Notes: a model not told the origin generated them from the letters alone. 41,572 nucleotides of DNA from Thermodesulfobacteriota bacterium (GCA_039715015.1 JBDLIE010000021.1:1-41572); one strand, 5' to 3'; counted from the stretch's first letter, positions 1-9,979 are shown. A program made the numbers and translations.

Positions 1-36
1 CATTTCTGAAGCAGATATGTGTTTGGTTTATATTTT

Positions 37-66
37 AAGCCTTCTCCTTTTGGAGAAGGCTTTTTT
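37..66 (+). terminator. Intrinsic terminator hairpin, probably for a convergent + strand gene outside the window; may also serve pgi
   Basis: aagccttctcc-tttt-ggagaaggctt stem running into a T6 tract on +; abuts the pgi stop codon. Confidence 0.65.
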
Positions 67-1687
67 ATTTCCTGGTCAGTCCGGTGGCCTTCATCAGGGC
101 CCAGCCCAGTTCGTCTGTGCTGCTGCCGTCATAGTTGTCATCCTCTTTCTGGGCCGCCATGTGGTCAAGCAGGCGAGTGGCCAGAGTTTTCCCCAGCTGT
201 ACCCCTTCCTGATCAAAAGAATTTATGTTCCACAAGAAACCCTGGAAGACGATCTTTGCCTCGTAGAGGGCAAGGAGCGCCCCCATGCTATATGGGGTGA
301 GGCGGTCTGCCATGAGGATGGAGTTTGGCCGGTTGCCGGCAAAGGCCCGGTTTGGGTTGTCGCTCTCTTGGCCGCTGGCCAGGGCCAGGGATTGGGCCAG
401 AAGGTTTGCGTTAAGCTTCTCTTGACTGGTGGTCTTTTTGATGGTGATGTCGTTGCCCAATTGGTTGTTACGGAAACCGATGAACTCCACTGGGATGATG
501 GTGGTGCCTTGATGGATGAGCTGGTAGAAGGCGTGCTGGCCGTTGGTGCCCGGTTCGCCCCAGATAACCGGGCCTGTCTGGTAGGGAGCCGTTTCTCCCT
601 GGCGGGTGCAGGTTTTGCCGTTGCTCTCCATGTCGCATTGCTGAAGATGGGCGGTGAAACGAACCAGCCCCTGGCTGTAAGGCAGAACAGCCACGGTTTC
701 ATGGCCTAGGAAATTATGGTTCCAGATACCGAGCAGGGCGAGAAGCAGCGGTGCATTGTTCCTGATCTCTCTCTCTTCGGCCGCCCTGTCCATGTCGTGG
801 GCGCCACGCAGGATTTCCCTGAAATTTTCATAGCCAAGGGCAAAGCCAAGCATGACGCCGCCCACCATGGAGGTAGCGCTGTAGCGCCCGCCTATATAGT
901 CAAACATATAGAAGGAGCGCAGATATTTTGCCGGATCATCCATGGGGCTGCCCTGACCGGTGACAGCCACAAAGTGGCGGGCCGGATCAAGGCCTTGGTT
1001 GATATAGGCAGCCTTAACCAGCTCTTCGTTGGTCAGGGTCTCCAGGGTGGTTCCACTCTTGGAAACAACATTTACCAAGGTGCGGGACAGGTCCAGGCCC
1101 TGGAGCACGGCAAGGCCGTCGTCTGGGTCAACATTGGAGATAAAGTGGACCCGCCGCCCTTCTTTACCGTAAGCTGCCAAAGCATAATAGAGGGCGCGGG
1201 GGCCAAGGTCTGAGCCGCCAATGCCGACCTGGATCATGTCAGTAAAAGGCTGCCCCTCAGCATTGGTGAGAGAGCCCTGGTCAAGCTCGGTGAGGAAGGT
1301 GGCGAGCCTGTCGTTTTCTCCCTGGGCCTGGCTGCTCGCCTGGGGGTTGTCGGGCTCTTTGCCAAAAACATCACGGCTGGCAGTGTGCAGAACCTGCCTG
1401 TTTTCGCAAGCAAAGCCTTCAATTTTGTTAATCACCGCGCCCTTTTTCATGGCCAGGAAGTGCTCAATGGCTCTTCCTTGGCCGGCCAAGTCTTGAAGGG
1501 CGGAAAGGATCGCCTCGTCGAGGCGCTGGGTGCCATAAAAAAGTTCAAAGCCTGCACTGTGTGCCCGGTAATCTCTGAGGCGCGCAGGAGTTAAGAGGCC
1601 TGGGGCTGTGAGGTCTGGAGCTTTGGTTGCAAGGTTCTGCAGCTCTTTGAAGGCCGGCAGGCTGTTGAGATTTTTATGAGGTGCCAT
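65..1687 (-). CDS. pgi: Glucose-6-phosphate isomerase
   Basis: 540 aa; GIGGSDLGP, SKSGTTLET, GGRYS, QQCDMESNGK, GTNGQHAFYQLIHQG and FDQEGVQLGK motifs. Confidence 0.97.
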   Translation of the reverse strand: MAPHKNLNSLPAFKELQNLATKAPDLTAPGLLTPARLRDYRAHSAGFELFYGTQRLDEAILSALQDLAGQGRAIEHFLAMKKGAVINKIEGFACENRQVLHTASRDVFGKEPDNPQASSQAQGENDRLATFLTELDQGSLTNAEGQPFTDMIQVGIGGSDLGPRALYYALAAYGKEGRRVHFISNVDPDDGLAVLQGLDLSRTLVNVVSKSGTTLETLTNEELVKAAYINQGLDPARHFVAVTGQGSPMDDPAKYLRSFYMFDYIGGRYSATSMVGGVMLGFALGYENFREILRGAHDMDRAAEEREIRNNAPLLLALLGIWNHNFLGHETVAVLPYSQGLVRFTAHLQQCDMESNGKTCTRQGETAPYQTGPVIWGEPGTNGQHAFYQLIHQGTTIIPVEFIGFRNNQLGNDITIKKTTSQEKLNANLLAQSLALASGQESDNPNRAFAGNRPNSILMADRLTPYSMGALLALYEAKIVFQGFLWNINSFDQEGVQLGKTLATRLLDHMAAQKEDDNYDGSSTDELGWALMKATGLTRK

Positions 1688-1810
1688 GGCTCGCTCCTGG
1701 GGGGAGGTGAGTTATTGCTAAGCGGTGGAGGTGGTAAGATGAAATCATCTCATCATAATGTGAGGCCACTGTCAAACAGGAGAGTGCGCGGCCGAAAAAA
1801 AAAGAGGAGG

Positions 1811-2119
1811 TTAGATTTTCTGGAGTGCTTTGCCCATGTCCTCCAGGCTGTTTAGCTGGTAGATCCTGACCTTGCGGCTTCGGGGAAATTCTCTTTTGAG
1901 AATGGCCTTTAAAAGTTTGCCAAGCTTTTCTTTGCCTACCTGCCACTTCTCTTCATGGTAGCCCCACTCCCGCACAGCAAGCTCATCATCTGCTGTTTTG
2001 ATGATCTCCACCCCGCGGTTACGTTTATAGGTCAGGACCTCAACACCCTGTTGGGGCGCTGCTTTTTTGATAAGGATGGCTACCTGTTTGGGGGCAGTGG
2101 CGATATTAACAAGGGCCAT
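1811..2119 (-). CDS. Hypothetical small basic protein
   Basis: 102-aa ATG ORF filling the gap between neighbours on the same strand; protein-like composition; no family recognised. Confidence 0.7.
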   Translation of the reverse strand: MALVNIATAPKQVAILIKKAAPQQGVEVLTYKRNRGVEIIKTADDELAVREWGYHEEKWQVGKEKLGKLLKAILKREFPRSRKVRIYQLNSLEDMGKALQKI

Positions 2120-2146
2120 GGGGGAAGGATGTGCCGGGGAGGGTAA

Positions 2147-2185
2147 TGAGCTGTTGGCCTGGTCAAAACGCCGGCCAACAGCTCA
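2147..2185. terminator. Hairpin downstream of the outer-membrane protein gene
   Basis: tgagctgttggcc (2147-2159) / ggccaacagctca (2173-2185), 13-bp inverted repeat; no clear U tract. Confidence 0.45.
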
Positions 2186-2196
2186 CAGGGGCAGTT

Positions 2197-2886
2197 TTAG
2201 AAAAACTTATAGGTCAGGCCAAGGGAGATAACAGGATAGTATTTGAAATCATCGAGATCATCCTGAAGCTCATCTTCTTCTTCTTTAAGGCTGCTCAAGA
2301 AGACTGGGTCGGTTGCCTCGGTACCAGTGGCTCTGAGGCTGACATCGGGTGAGCCCTGATAGGCGATACCGAAATCCATGAAGTAGCTCAGGTTGGAATC
2401 TTTATGGACAGGATTGCCCCAGCCGAAGCCGAAATAGGGGCCAACGCTGTTATAATCTATTTCGGTATCTAGGCTGCCAATTTCTGAAAATGTATAAGTT
2501 GAACCACCGATATTATAGGAAAACCCCAGCGTAATATCGGCCTTGCCATCGAAACTGTTGCCGTTAATAAAGGCCCCTGCGACGATATGAAAATCGCGGC
2601 CGCTGAAGGGGTACCACTCGGCGGTTACCAGGCCTGAGCGGAGATCAAGGTCTAAGTCATAATCGACCTCCTCACCGTCGCCGTCAACATCAATTTCGCC
2701 CCAATGGCCTGCAGCCCTGATGTTCAGGCTGTCAAGGAGACCAATGGTGATGTCGGGGCCAACCCCCAGGGTGCTTATCTTAGCACCCAGGGCGATGTCT
2801 CCTGTCTCTGCCTGGGCATCCTGGTTGAAACTCATCAGTATGAGTAAAAAAAAGAGTGGGGCAATAGCAAGAGGAATGTTTTTCAT
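2197..2886 (-). CDS. Outer-membrane beta-barrel protein
   Basis: Signal peptide ending AQA, alternating beta-strand pattern (PYFGFGWGN, YFMDFGIAYQG), C-terminal YPVISLGLTYKFF ending in Phe. Confidence 0.8.
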   Translation of the reverse strand: MKNIPLAIAPLFFLLILMSFNQDAQAETGDIALGAKISTLGVGPDITIGLLDSLNIRAAGHWGEIDVDGDGEEVDYDLDLDLRSGLVTAEWYPFSGRDFHIVAGAFINGNSFDGKADITLGFSYNIGGSTYTFSEIGSLDTEIDYNSVGPYFGFGWGNPVHKDSNLSYFMDFGIAYQGSPDVSLRATGTEATDPVFLSSLKEEEDELQDDLDDFKYYPVISLGLTYKFF

Positions 2887-3079
2887 CTGTATACCTTTGT
2901 AGTTTATTGATGGAAAAAAAGGGTAGGTGTTTATCTACTTAGAGTCCGCGCATCTTGTCAAGAGATGAGGGAAATTATTGGAAAAAGACTATCTTTTCAG
3001 GTTAAACTAAGAGGGTGTCGCTTTGCTGTTTTTTGGCAAGCTGCCGCCTTCAAAATGGGACCGAAAAATTGGAGAATAT

Positions 3080-3913
3080 ATGATGAAACTGCATTGTCCC
3101 CACTGTGATTTGCAGCGCGAGGTCGCTGATAAGTATGCCGGGAAAACGGTTAAATGCCCTTCCTGCAGCAAAAAGGTTACCCTTCCTGGTGGCGGGTCAG
3201 AGGTCGAGTTGACGGAGGGTTCGGGGCGTTACTCCCTTGAAGAATTTGTCAGGCGCACCGGCCAGCGTGATTTGGGGCAGGGAGTTTTTGAGCTGGAGCG
3301 TGACCGACTTCTTGCGATTAATCTTGATGGCCTGGTCTGGACTAAGATGGGCTCTATGGTCTCCTATCTCGGCGATATCACCTTTACTCGGGAAGGGATT
3401 CTGGAGCATGGGGTGGGCAGATTACTTAAAAAGGCATTAACCGGCGAAGGGGTCAACCTCACCAAGGCAGAGGGCAAGGGTAAGGTTTACCTGGCCGACT
3501 CTGGTAAGAAGATTTCCATCTTGAAACTCAACAACGATGCCATATTTGTCAACGGTAATGATCTGCTGGCCTTTGAGGATTCGATTAGCTGGGATATTAA
3601 AATGATGCGCAAGGTGGCCGGCATGATGGCTGGCGGTCTTTTTAATATCAAGCTGGAAGGCACCGGCATGATTGCCATTACCACCCATTATGAACCCCTG
3701 ACCTTGAAGGTAAGCCCCAATAGGCCGCTGATTACCGATCCCAATGCTACGGTGGCCTGGTCCTCAAGTCTGGCCCCGGAAATGAAGGCAGGTGTCTCTT
3801 TTAAAACTTTCCTGGGCCGCGGCAGTGGCGAATCAATCCAGATGAAATTTATCGGCAGTGGTTTTGTGGTGGTGCAACCCTTTGAAGAAGTCTATTTTCA
3901 GCAGGGTGGTTAG
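3080..3913 (+). CDS. AIM24 family protein with N-terminal zinc ribbon
   Basis: GGAG SD before ATG 3080; CPHC...CPSC ribbon, then AIM24-like GSMVSY.G, GGLFNIKLEGTG and GRGSGESIQMKF.GSGFVVVQP. Confidence 0.85.
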   Translation: MMKLHCPHCDLQREVADKYAGKTVKCPSCSKKVTLPGGGSEVELTEGSGRYSLEEFVRRTGQRDLGQGVFELERDRLLAINLDGLVWTKMGSMVSYLGDITFTREGILEHGVGRLLKKALTGEGVNLTKAEGKGKVYLADSGKKISILKLNNDAIFVNGNDLLAFEDSISWDIKMMRKVAGMMAGGLFNIKLEGTGMIAITTHYEPLTLKVSPNRPLITDPNATVAWSSSLAPEMKAGVSFKTFLGRGSGESIQMKFIGSGFVVVQPFEEVYFQQGG

Positions 3914-3939
3914 CTTGTAAAAAGGATTGAAGAATCACC

Positions 3940-3994
3940 GGCATAAAAAAACTCATCCAGGGATTTGTCGATCCTTGCTGAGTTTTTTTATGCC
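3940..3994. terminator. Bidirectional terminator between convergent genes
   Basis: 16-bp perfect inverted repeat ggcataaaaaaactca / tgagtttttttatgcc. Confidence 0.7.
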
Positions 3995-4012
3995 AGATAT
4001 AGAATTAATCCG

Positions 4013-4342
4013 TTACAGATGGTTTTTGAGGGTCTCCATGTCGGAGTTGCTGACATGGGTAAATTCAATGCCGGTGTGAAAATGATCGTCGTCAGCCGCC
4101 TTTGAGTGCGCCACAGTGCCGCGGGCATCGATTAAGTCATTTTGAAGAGCAATCTCCATGTCAACATTTTGGCCGGGGCTCATCTCTATGCTGGTTTCCA
4201 GCAGGATGCCTGTTTCAGAAAGATTAATGGTCCGTCCCATCCCCTGGGCCATGACATTGTCATCTTGGTCGATACAGAAGAAAGAGAGATTGAGTGAGTC
4301 AGTCCGTTCGTGTTTTCGTTGATTATCTGGAGTGTTTGCCAT
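4013..4342 (-). CDS. Single-domain PilZ protein (putative c-di-GMP receptor)
   Basis: QRKHER (RxxxR) and NLSETG ([D/N]xSxxG) motifs, terminal GIEF; start at ATG 4342 after AGGTGG. Confidence 0.88.
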   Translation of the reverse strand: MANTPDNQRKHERTDSLNLSFFCIDQDDNVMAQGMGRTINLSETGILLETSIEMSPGQNVDMEIALQNDLIDARGTVAHSKAADDDHFHTGIEFTHVSNSDMETLKNHL

Positions 4343-4514
4343 AATGTCCACCTGAAAAAATTGACCGAGTTGATCAGCGTATTGTACTAAAATACAATCC
4401 CGATCAGCTCGGGATTGCCCCTAAGATAAACTAGGTCTATTGGAAAGTTATGATTATCTTAGATAAATAATCTAAAATATTAAGGGCCTGAGCGTCAACC
4501 AAGAACTGCTGAAA

Positions 4515-5000
4515 ATGGCAAAAAGAAAAAAGCAAATAGATACAATGGCCCGGACGGGCATCCCCCTGATCAAGGGGGAGGAGTATCCCTTTGGCGAAAA
4601 GGGCAAGAAACCTTCCTCCTTTAGCGAGATTTTTGACGGTGATATTTTTGATGATAAGGCCTTGCTGAACGAGGCCGCCAGACGGGCTGAGGAGAAGAGG
4701 CAGCAAAGGTCGACGCCTCAAAGCTATCCACCCCCCCAGGAGACCCTTGATCTCCATGGATGCACGGCCCAGGAGGCTGAGGATAAGACCCGGCATTTTA
4801 TCGAAGACGCGCGCCATCGGGGTATACGCACCCTGCGAGTTATTACGGGCAAAGGCCTCCATTCCCCCGGCGGCCTGGCTGTGTTGCCGGATATTATTGA
4901 GCAGAAGCTCACCCTTCTCAAGAAGGAGGGAGGGATTGTTGCCTTTAGTTGGGAGAGGAAGGTCAAGAGCAAGAGTGGCGCTCTTCATGTCTATCTCTAG
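4515..5000 (+). CDS. Smr/MutS2-domain protein
   Basis: LDLHG, VITGKGLHS and terminal SGALHVYL motifs of the Smr domain. Confidence 0.9.
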   Translation: MAKRKKQIDTMARTGIPLIKGEEYPFGEKGKKPSSFSEIFDGDIFDDKALLNEAARRAEEKRQQRSTPQSYPPPQETLDLHGCTAQEAEDKTRHFIEDARHRGIRTLRVITGKGLHSPGGLAVLPDIIEQKLTLLKKEGGIVAFSWERKVKSKSGALHVYL

Positions 5001-5830
5001 GGGCGCCTTTTTGCCTGAAGTCGTTTGATGATATCTGTATCGGCCTGGAAGGGGTTTCTTGGCAGTTCCGGGATGGGAAGATAGTGGCTTAAGGCAAATG
5101 GGGTCGTGGCAATATGCAGGTTGTAGGCCATCACCATCAGGGGTTCGAGGTTGATGGTGTCGGCAACATTATAGGCCAGTAAGGTGTTAAGGAGTTCTGG
5201 TTGGCCGTTGCGCTGATATTCATTCCAAAGAATAACCGCGTCATAGCCGTTAACCCCTTGCAGCTCTGGGCGGTCAATGCCGAGCTGCCTTTCACAGCCC
5301 TTTAGTCCTCCCTTATAACCAAGGGCGGCAAGGATGGGTCGCAGGTCCAGGTGGGCCTGGCTTATCTTTATATTAAAATAGCGTTCCAGCATAGGCACGT
5401 CAAAGCCCTTGCCGTTATAGGTGACGATGGTCTCGTATCTGGCAAGATGGTCCGGGAAGGTGTTGAGGTTGGCGCCCTGGACAAAGGTAAGGATGTCACT
5501 GCCGTCATAGAGGGCAATGGTGGTTATGGTGCTCCTCTCCCGGTTAATGCCTGTGGTTTCAATATCAATAAAGGCGGTCTTGTCGCGGAAATGGGGAAAG
5601 AGCCGCCAATGCTGACTGGCGGGCAGGCGCTCGGAAAAATAAGATGGCGTTGCCAGGGAAGAGGCAGGTTGCCTGAGTAGGTGGTTTTCAACGAGGCGGC
5701 CTATTGCTGGACGCAGGGCTGTCGATGTTGCTGGTGTGAAATCACTCCAGCAGTGAATGCCCGCCTGCCAAATTTGCTCTTCAGTTTTTTTGCCGATGCC
5801 GGAGATATGGAGAAAGGTGTTTTTAAGCAT
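4997..5830 (-). CDS. RNase H-like (YprB-type) 3'-5' exonuclease
   Basis: FIDIETTG, VTYNGKGFDVP, GGLKGCERQLGI and LLAYNVAD motifs; N-terminal HhH-like GIGKKTE; ATG at 5830. Confidence 0.85.
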   Translation of the reverse strand: MLKNTFLHISGIGKKTEEQIWQAGIHCWSDFTPATSTALRPAIGRLVENHLLRQPASSLATPSYFSERLPASQHWRLFPHFRDKTAFIDIETTGINRERSTITTIALYDGSDILTFVQGANLNTFPDHLARYETIVTYNGKGFDVPMLERYFNIKISQAHLDLRPILAALGYKGGLKGCERQLGIDRPELQGVNGYDAVILWNEYQRNGQPELLNTLLAYNVADTINLEPLMVMAYNLHIATTPFALSHYLPIPELPRNPFQADTDIIKRLQAKRRP

Positions 5831-5856
5831 AATGTGGCATGTTTGTCTGTTAAAAT

Positions 5857-5895
5857 AAAAAAAGCCCAAGGCTGTTTAGGCCTTGGGCTTTTTTT
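5857..5895 (-). terminator. Intrinsic terminator of glnA (symmetric)
   Basis: aaaaaaagcccaaggc-tgtttag-gccttgggcttttttt, about 30 nt past the glnA stop. Confidence 0.85.
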
Positions 5896-5927
5896 AGCTG
5901 TAAAAAACGAAAAACGCTTCGTTTTTC

Positions 5928-7256
5928 TTAGTAGAGGTCGAGGTAGTTGTCGATCTCCCAGCAGGTAACGGCAGTGCGATAGCTGTCCCACTCCTTACGT
6001 TTGCCTTCAACGTATTTGCCTAAAATGTGGTCGCCCAGGGTTTCCTTGGCGATTGGGTTGGCCTCAAGGACGTCCAGGGCCTCTGCCAGGCTGGCCGGCA
6101 GGCTGGGGATGCCGGCGGCGTCCTTCTCCTCCTGGGTCATGGAGAAGATGTCAGCGTCAACGGAGCTTGGCGGAGTCAGGTCGTTCTTGATGCCGTCAAG
6201 GCCGGAGTTGAGCATCATGGCAATGGCCAGATAGGGGTTACAGGTTGGATCCGGGCAACGAACCTCAACACGGGTACCGAGACCGCGGGAAGCGGGGATA
6301 CGTACCAGGGCAGAGCGGTTAGATGCAGACCAGGCCACGTATACAGGGGCCTCATAGCCGGGAACAAGACGCTTGTAAGAGTTGACCAGAGGGTTGGTAA
6401 CAGCGGCAAAACCGCGGGCATTTTTGATAATACCGGCGATGTACTGGTAGGCTACCTTGCTCAGGCCCTGAGAGTCGCTGGTATCTTCAAAGGCGTTGGT
6501 GCCGTCGGAGTTAAACAGCGATTGGTTACAGTGCATACCAGAACCGTTGATGCCGAAGATGGGCTTGGGCATAAAGGTGGCGTGCAAGCCATACTTGTTA
6601 GCAACGGCCTTAACAACCCACTTGAAGGTCACGGTGTTGTCACAGGCGGTGAGAGCATCGGAGTACTTGAAGTTAACCTCGTGCTGACCCTCGGCAACCT
6701 CATGATGGGAGGCTTCGATCTCAAAACCCATGGCCTCCAGGGTCTCAATAATTTCACGACGGCAGTCGTTGCCAAGATCTTCAGGGTCCAGGGCGAAATA
6801 GCCAGCCACGTCGTTGGTAACGGTGGTGGAGTTGCCATCTTCGTCACGCTCAAAGAGGAAGAACTCAGCCTCGGTGCCGATATTCATGGTGTAGCCCATC
6901 TCTTTAGCGGTTGCCAGGCTCTTCTTCAAGGCGCAACGGGGGCAGCCGGTAAAGGGAGAACCGTCAGGCAGATGGACATCGCAGATCAGGCGGGCAGCAG
7001 CAATGCCGTCTTTATTACGCCAAGGCAGGACAACAAAGGTGTCAAAGTCTGGCTTGAGGAACATGTCGGACTCATCGATGCGGGCAAAGCCGTCAATGGA
7101 AGAGCCGTCAAACATGATGCCGCCGTCCAGGGCTTTCTCCAACTGGCTGCGGGGGATGGCAACGTTCTTCTGGAAACCGTTCACATCGATGAACTGCATG
7201 CGGAAGAAGTTGATTTTTTCTTTTTCGACAATTTTCAAGATGTCGTCTCTTGTCAT
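5928..7256 (-). CDS. glnA: Glutamine synthetase type I (GSI-alpha-like)
   Basis: FDGSSIDGF, HHEVAEGQHE, ATFMPKP, GSGMH, NSYKRLVPGYEAP and NRSALVRIP motifs; 442 aa; AGGAG SD. Confidence 0.97.
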   Translation of the reverse strand: MTRDDILKIVEKEKINFFRMQFIDVNGFQKNVAIPRSQLEKALDGGIMFDGSSIDGFARIDESDMFLKPDFDTFVVLPWRNKDGIAAARLICDVHLPDGSPFTGCPRCALKKSLATAKEMGYTMNIGTEAEFFLFERDEDGNSTTVTNDVAGYFALDPEDLGNDCRREIIETLEAMGFEIEASHHEVAEGQHEVNFKYSDALTACDNTVTFKWVVKAVANKYGLHATFMPKPIFGINGSGMHCNQSLFNSDGTNAFEDTSDSQGLSKVAYQYIAGIIKNARGFAAVTNPLVNSYKRLVPGYEAPVYVAWSASNRSALVRIPASRGLGTRVEVRCPDPTCNPYLAIAMMLNSGLDGIKNDLTPPSSVDADIFSMTQEEKDAAGIPSLPASLAEALDVLEANPIAKETLGDHILGKYVEGKRKEWDSYRTAVTCWEIDNYLDLY

Positions 7257-7429
7257 GACTTTTCTCCTAAAAAAGGGTTGAGGTGGCAGAAGAAGTTATA
7301 AAGACAGGTGCTGTTGTTTCAGCGTGCTGTTTGTCTAAAAAAATATAGGCTGGGTTATACACACTTTATGTGACCCGGACATATATTTTTTGTTGTTAAC
7401 TATCCTCTTAATAAAAACAAGTTGAAATT

Positions 7430-7447
7430 TATTACATTTTTGTACTG
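7430..7447. promoter_or_regulatory. Possible nitrogen-regulator site upstream of glnA
   Basis: TATTACATTTTTGTACTG shares the 12-nt core TTACATTTTTGT with the reverse complement of the amt-upstream palindrome at 11784-11801. Confidence 0.4.
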
Positions 7448-9979
7448 TCAGCTGGCGGCATGGGTCAGCCCCTGGCGAACCTCGCTGAGAAAATTTTTGT
7501 CCTGGATCTTCTTGCCTTCATGGTCCAGGACGTAAAAGACATCGACAACCTGGTCAGCTTGACTACCAATCTGGGCCCGATAGGTTGAGATTCCGAAATC
7601 TGCCAGGGTGCGGGTGATGTCGTAAAGCAGAGCCCTCTTATCCTCGGCGAAAACCTCGATGATGCTATATTTGTCTGAGCCATCCGGCTCAATGGTGACT
7701 CTGGTGTTGGTTCTTTTGTCTTTCTTAGGTTGAGCCTTTCGCCCTAAAGGAGCTAGTTTCTTGCTTAGACGGTGGGCAAGGCCAAGCCGGTAATCTATGG
7801 CCAACTCCAAATCCTTTTGAAAGGTCCGCCAGTCCTGATCGGCAAATTCATTATTCAGCGCCGAGGTAACCTGGAGAACATCCACAGCTGTGCCATCGCT
7901 CCAGGTGAAAATCTTAGCAGCCAGGACCTTGATATTGTGCAGGGCCAGAACGCCACAGAGACGATTGAGCAACCCTCGCCTATCTTTGGCCATGACCAGG
8001 ACATCCCAGTGATCCTCTTGGTCTGAGGCCTCCACCAAGGTGGGTTTGTTGTTTGCCATGCTGGTCGTATGATGTTTGATGTGAAGGGCCACCTCTTCTG
8101 TGGAGAAAGAGAGGAGGTAGTCATCCGGCAACATATCGAGGTCAAAATCTGGGGCGAGTTTCTGGGCAGCAGGCTCCAGTTTTTCCCTCATCCAGGCCAC
8201 GGCCTGTTTCCGGTCCGGGGCGACACGCTCATTGTGCTCCAGGGCGTGAGCAATCTTCAGGTAGAGCTCAAGGTAGAGGGTGGTTTTCCAATCGGTGAGC
8301 ACAGTGGGGCCGGTTGCCTTGGCGTCAGCGATGGTAAGCAGGTAGAGCATGGCCAGGCGGTCGGGGTCCTGGATATTCTCGGCGCATTTCAAGATGAGAT
8401 TCTCATCTTCAATGTCGCGGCGCAGGGCTATCTCCGAGAGGTAAAGATGGTTGCGCACCAGGAAGGAAAGGCAGTTGATCTCTTCCTCTTCCAGGTTGAG
8501 ACGCTTGCTGATGATCCTAACCAGGTCAGCGCCGTATTCAGAGTGGTCATTCTTGGTGCCCTTGCCGATATCATGGAGGAGGCCGGCTAAAAAGAGAATA
8601 TGGGGCGAGGCCAAGGTGATGAAGATGGAGGACGCTTCTTTCCGCAAAAGGCCTATTTCCTCAACGCATTGCAGGAGGTGGCGATCAACGGTGTAGACAT
8701 GGTAGACATCGTGTTGGGCCAGGGACTCCAGGTGCTCAAACTCGGGGATATAAGCTGAAAGCAATCCCGTCTCCAGCATGTCGGTGAGCACATTCAGGAC
8801 ATTGTTCCCCTGGAGGATTGACAGAAAGGCCTTGGACATCCGCTTGGAGCGGCAGACCTTGTCGTTGACCAGATGAAATTTTTGGCTGATAAGGGTTTTG
8901 GTGTTGTGGTGAATGGGCAGACCAGTGGCCCCAGATTGGGCAAAGACCCGCATAAACAGATGGGGGCGTTTGCTGACAAGGTCCGCCTCGCTAATCTGGA
9001 TGCGGCCCTGACGCACAGTAATTCCTGGTTCCAGGGTTCTATCTCCTGCAGCAGGAGGAGTTAGGCCAACCACATCCTGAACATGCTCGAAAAAGAGTTC
9101 GGTTACCACGGCAATGGACTGCAGATGGTTGTGGACCTCGCGCATGAAGAGCTCAACACCAAGCATGGCCTTGGTTGTCTTGTAACCAAAGGCCCCGGCC
9201 ATCTCTTCCTGGTGTTCGAAAAAGAGTTGGTCATTTTTGCGGCCACTGATGTAATGAAGGCGATTACGGATACGAATAAGGGCATTGATGGCCTCTTCGA
9301 ATCTTTTCCGGTCTTCGCTGGTGAGTAAGGCTGAGTTTTCCAGGTCGTCGAGGCTCTGAAGGCCAAAGACAACCTGGGAAGACCAGAGCATGGCCTGGAT
9401 ATCGCGAAATCCGCCCCGGCTCTCTTTGATGTGAGGCTCAAGCAGGTAGCCATGGTTGCCAAAACGTTCGTGGCGTAGCTGGCAATGGCTGAGCATGGAC
9501 TCAAAAAAACCTTTGCGATGGCCGGTCACGAAAAAACGGTTGAATTTTTCCATCAACTCGTCAAAAAGAACCTGGGAGCCGACAAGGAGGCGGGCATCAA
9601 GCAAGGAGACCTGAAAGAAAAAATCTTCCCTGGCGTCTTCAAGGCAAATCTCCACGGTGCGAACCCCGTGGCCAACCTCAAGACCAGCATCCCAGAGCGG
9701 GTAAAAAACGGCTTCAGCCACATCGTTTAAGCGATCTTTGGCCTCGGGCCTGTGGAGCAGCATTAGGTCAATGTCCGAAAAGGGAAAAAGCTCCTCACGG
9801 CCATAACCGCCCAGGGCAACGAGCGCCATATCGTCGGTGTCAACCCGGCATTCGCTAAACGAGTGGCTCAGGGACGAGTCAATGAGCTTGGTGTGTTCAG
9901 AAAGAAGGGCCTGGCCACTTAGTCCTTTCTGCCACAATGCCTCAAGGGCATCTCGTTTTGTGCGTAATTCCGAATTCAT
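7448..9979 (-). CDS. glnD: [Protein-PII] uridylyltransferase / uridylyl-removing enzyme
   Basis: ALGGYGREELFPFSDIDL nucleotidyltransferase motif, HVYTVDRH, LLHDIGKG HD domain, two C-terminal ACT domains (DVFYV). Confidence 0.96.
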   Translation of the reverse strand: MNSELRTKRDALEALWQKGLSGQALLSEHTKLIDSSLSHSFSECRVDTDDMALVALGGYGREELFPFSDIDLMLLHRPEAKDRLNDVAEAVFYPLWDAGLEVGHGVRTVEICLEDAREDFFFQVSLLDARLLVGSQVLFDELMEKFNRFFVTGHRKGFFESMLSHCQLRHERFGNHGYLLEPHIKESRGGFRDIQAMLWSSQVVFGLQSLDDLENSALLTSEDRKRFEEAINALIRIRNRLHYISGRKNDQLFFEHQEEMAGAFGYKTTKAMLGVELFMREVHNHLQSIAVVTELFFEHVQDVVGLTPPAAGDRTLEPGITVRQGRIQISEADLVSKRPHLFMRVFAQSGATGLPIHHNTKTLISQKFHLVNDKVCRSKRMSKAFLSILQGNNVLNVLTDMLETGLLSAYIPEFEHLESLAQHDVYHVYTVDRHLLQCVEEIGLLRKEASSIFITLASPHILFLAGLLHDIGKGTKNDHSEYGADLVRIISKRLNLEEEEINCLSFLVRNHLYLSEIALRRDIEDENLILKCAENIQDPDRLAMLYLLTIADAKATGPTVLTDWKTTLYLELYLKIAHALEHNERVAPDRKQAVAWMREKLEPAAQKLAPDFDLDMLPDDYLLSFSTEEVALHIKHHTTSMANNKPTLVEASDQEDHWDVLVMAKDRRGLLNRLCGVLALHNIKVLAAKIFTWSDGTAVDVLQVTSALNNEFADQDWRTFQKDLELAIDYRLGLAHRLSKKLAPLGRKAQPKKDKRTNTRVTIEPDGSDKYSIIEVFAEDKRALLYDITRTLADFGISTYRAQIGSQADQVVDVFYVLDHEGKKIQDKNFLSEVRQGLTHAAS

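Noticed and set aside
17..709. 230-aa + strand ORF and other long antisense ORFs (e.g. 21501-22316, 4437-4988)
   Set aside because: Overlap well-supported genes on the opposite strand and show no motifs
6027..7301. 424-aa + strand ORF
   Set aside because: Antisense shadow of the codon-biased glnA gene
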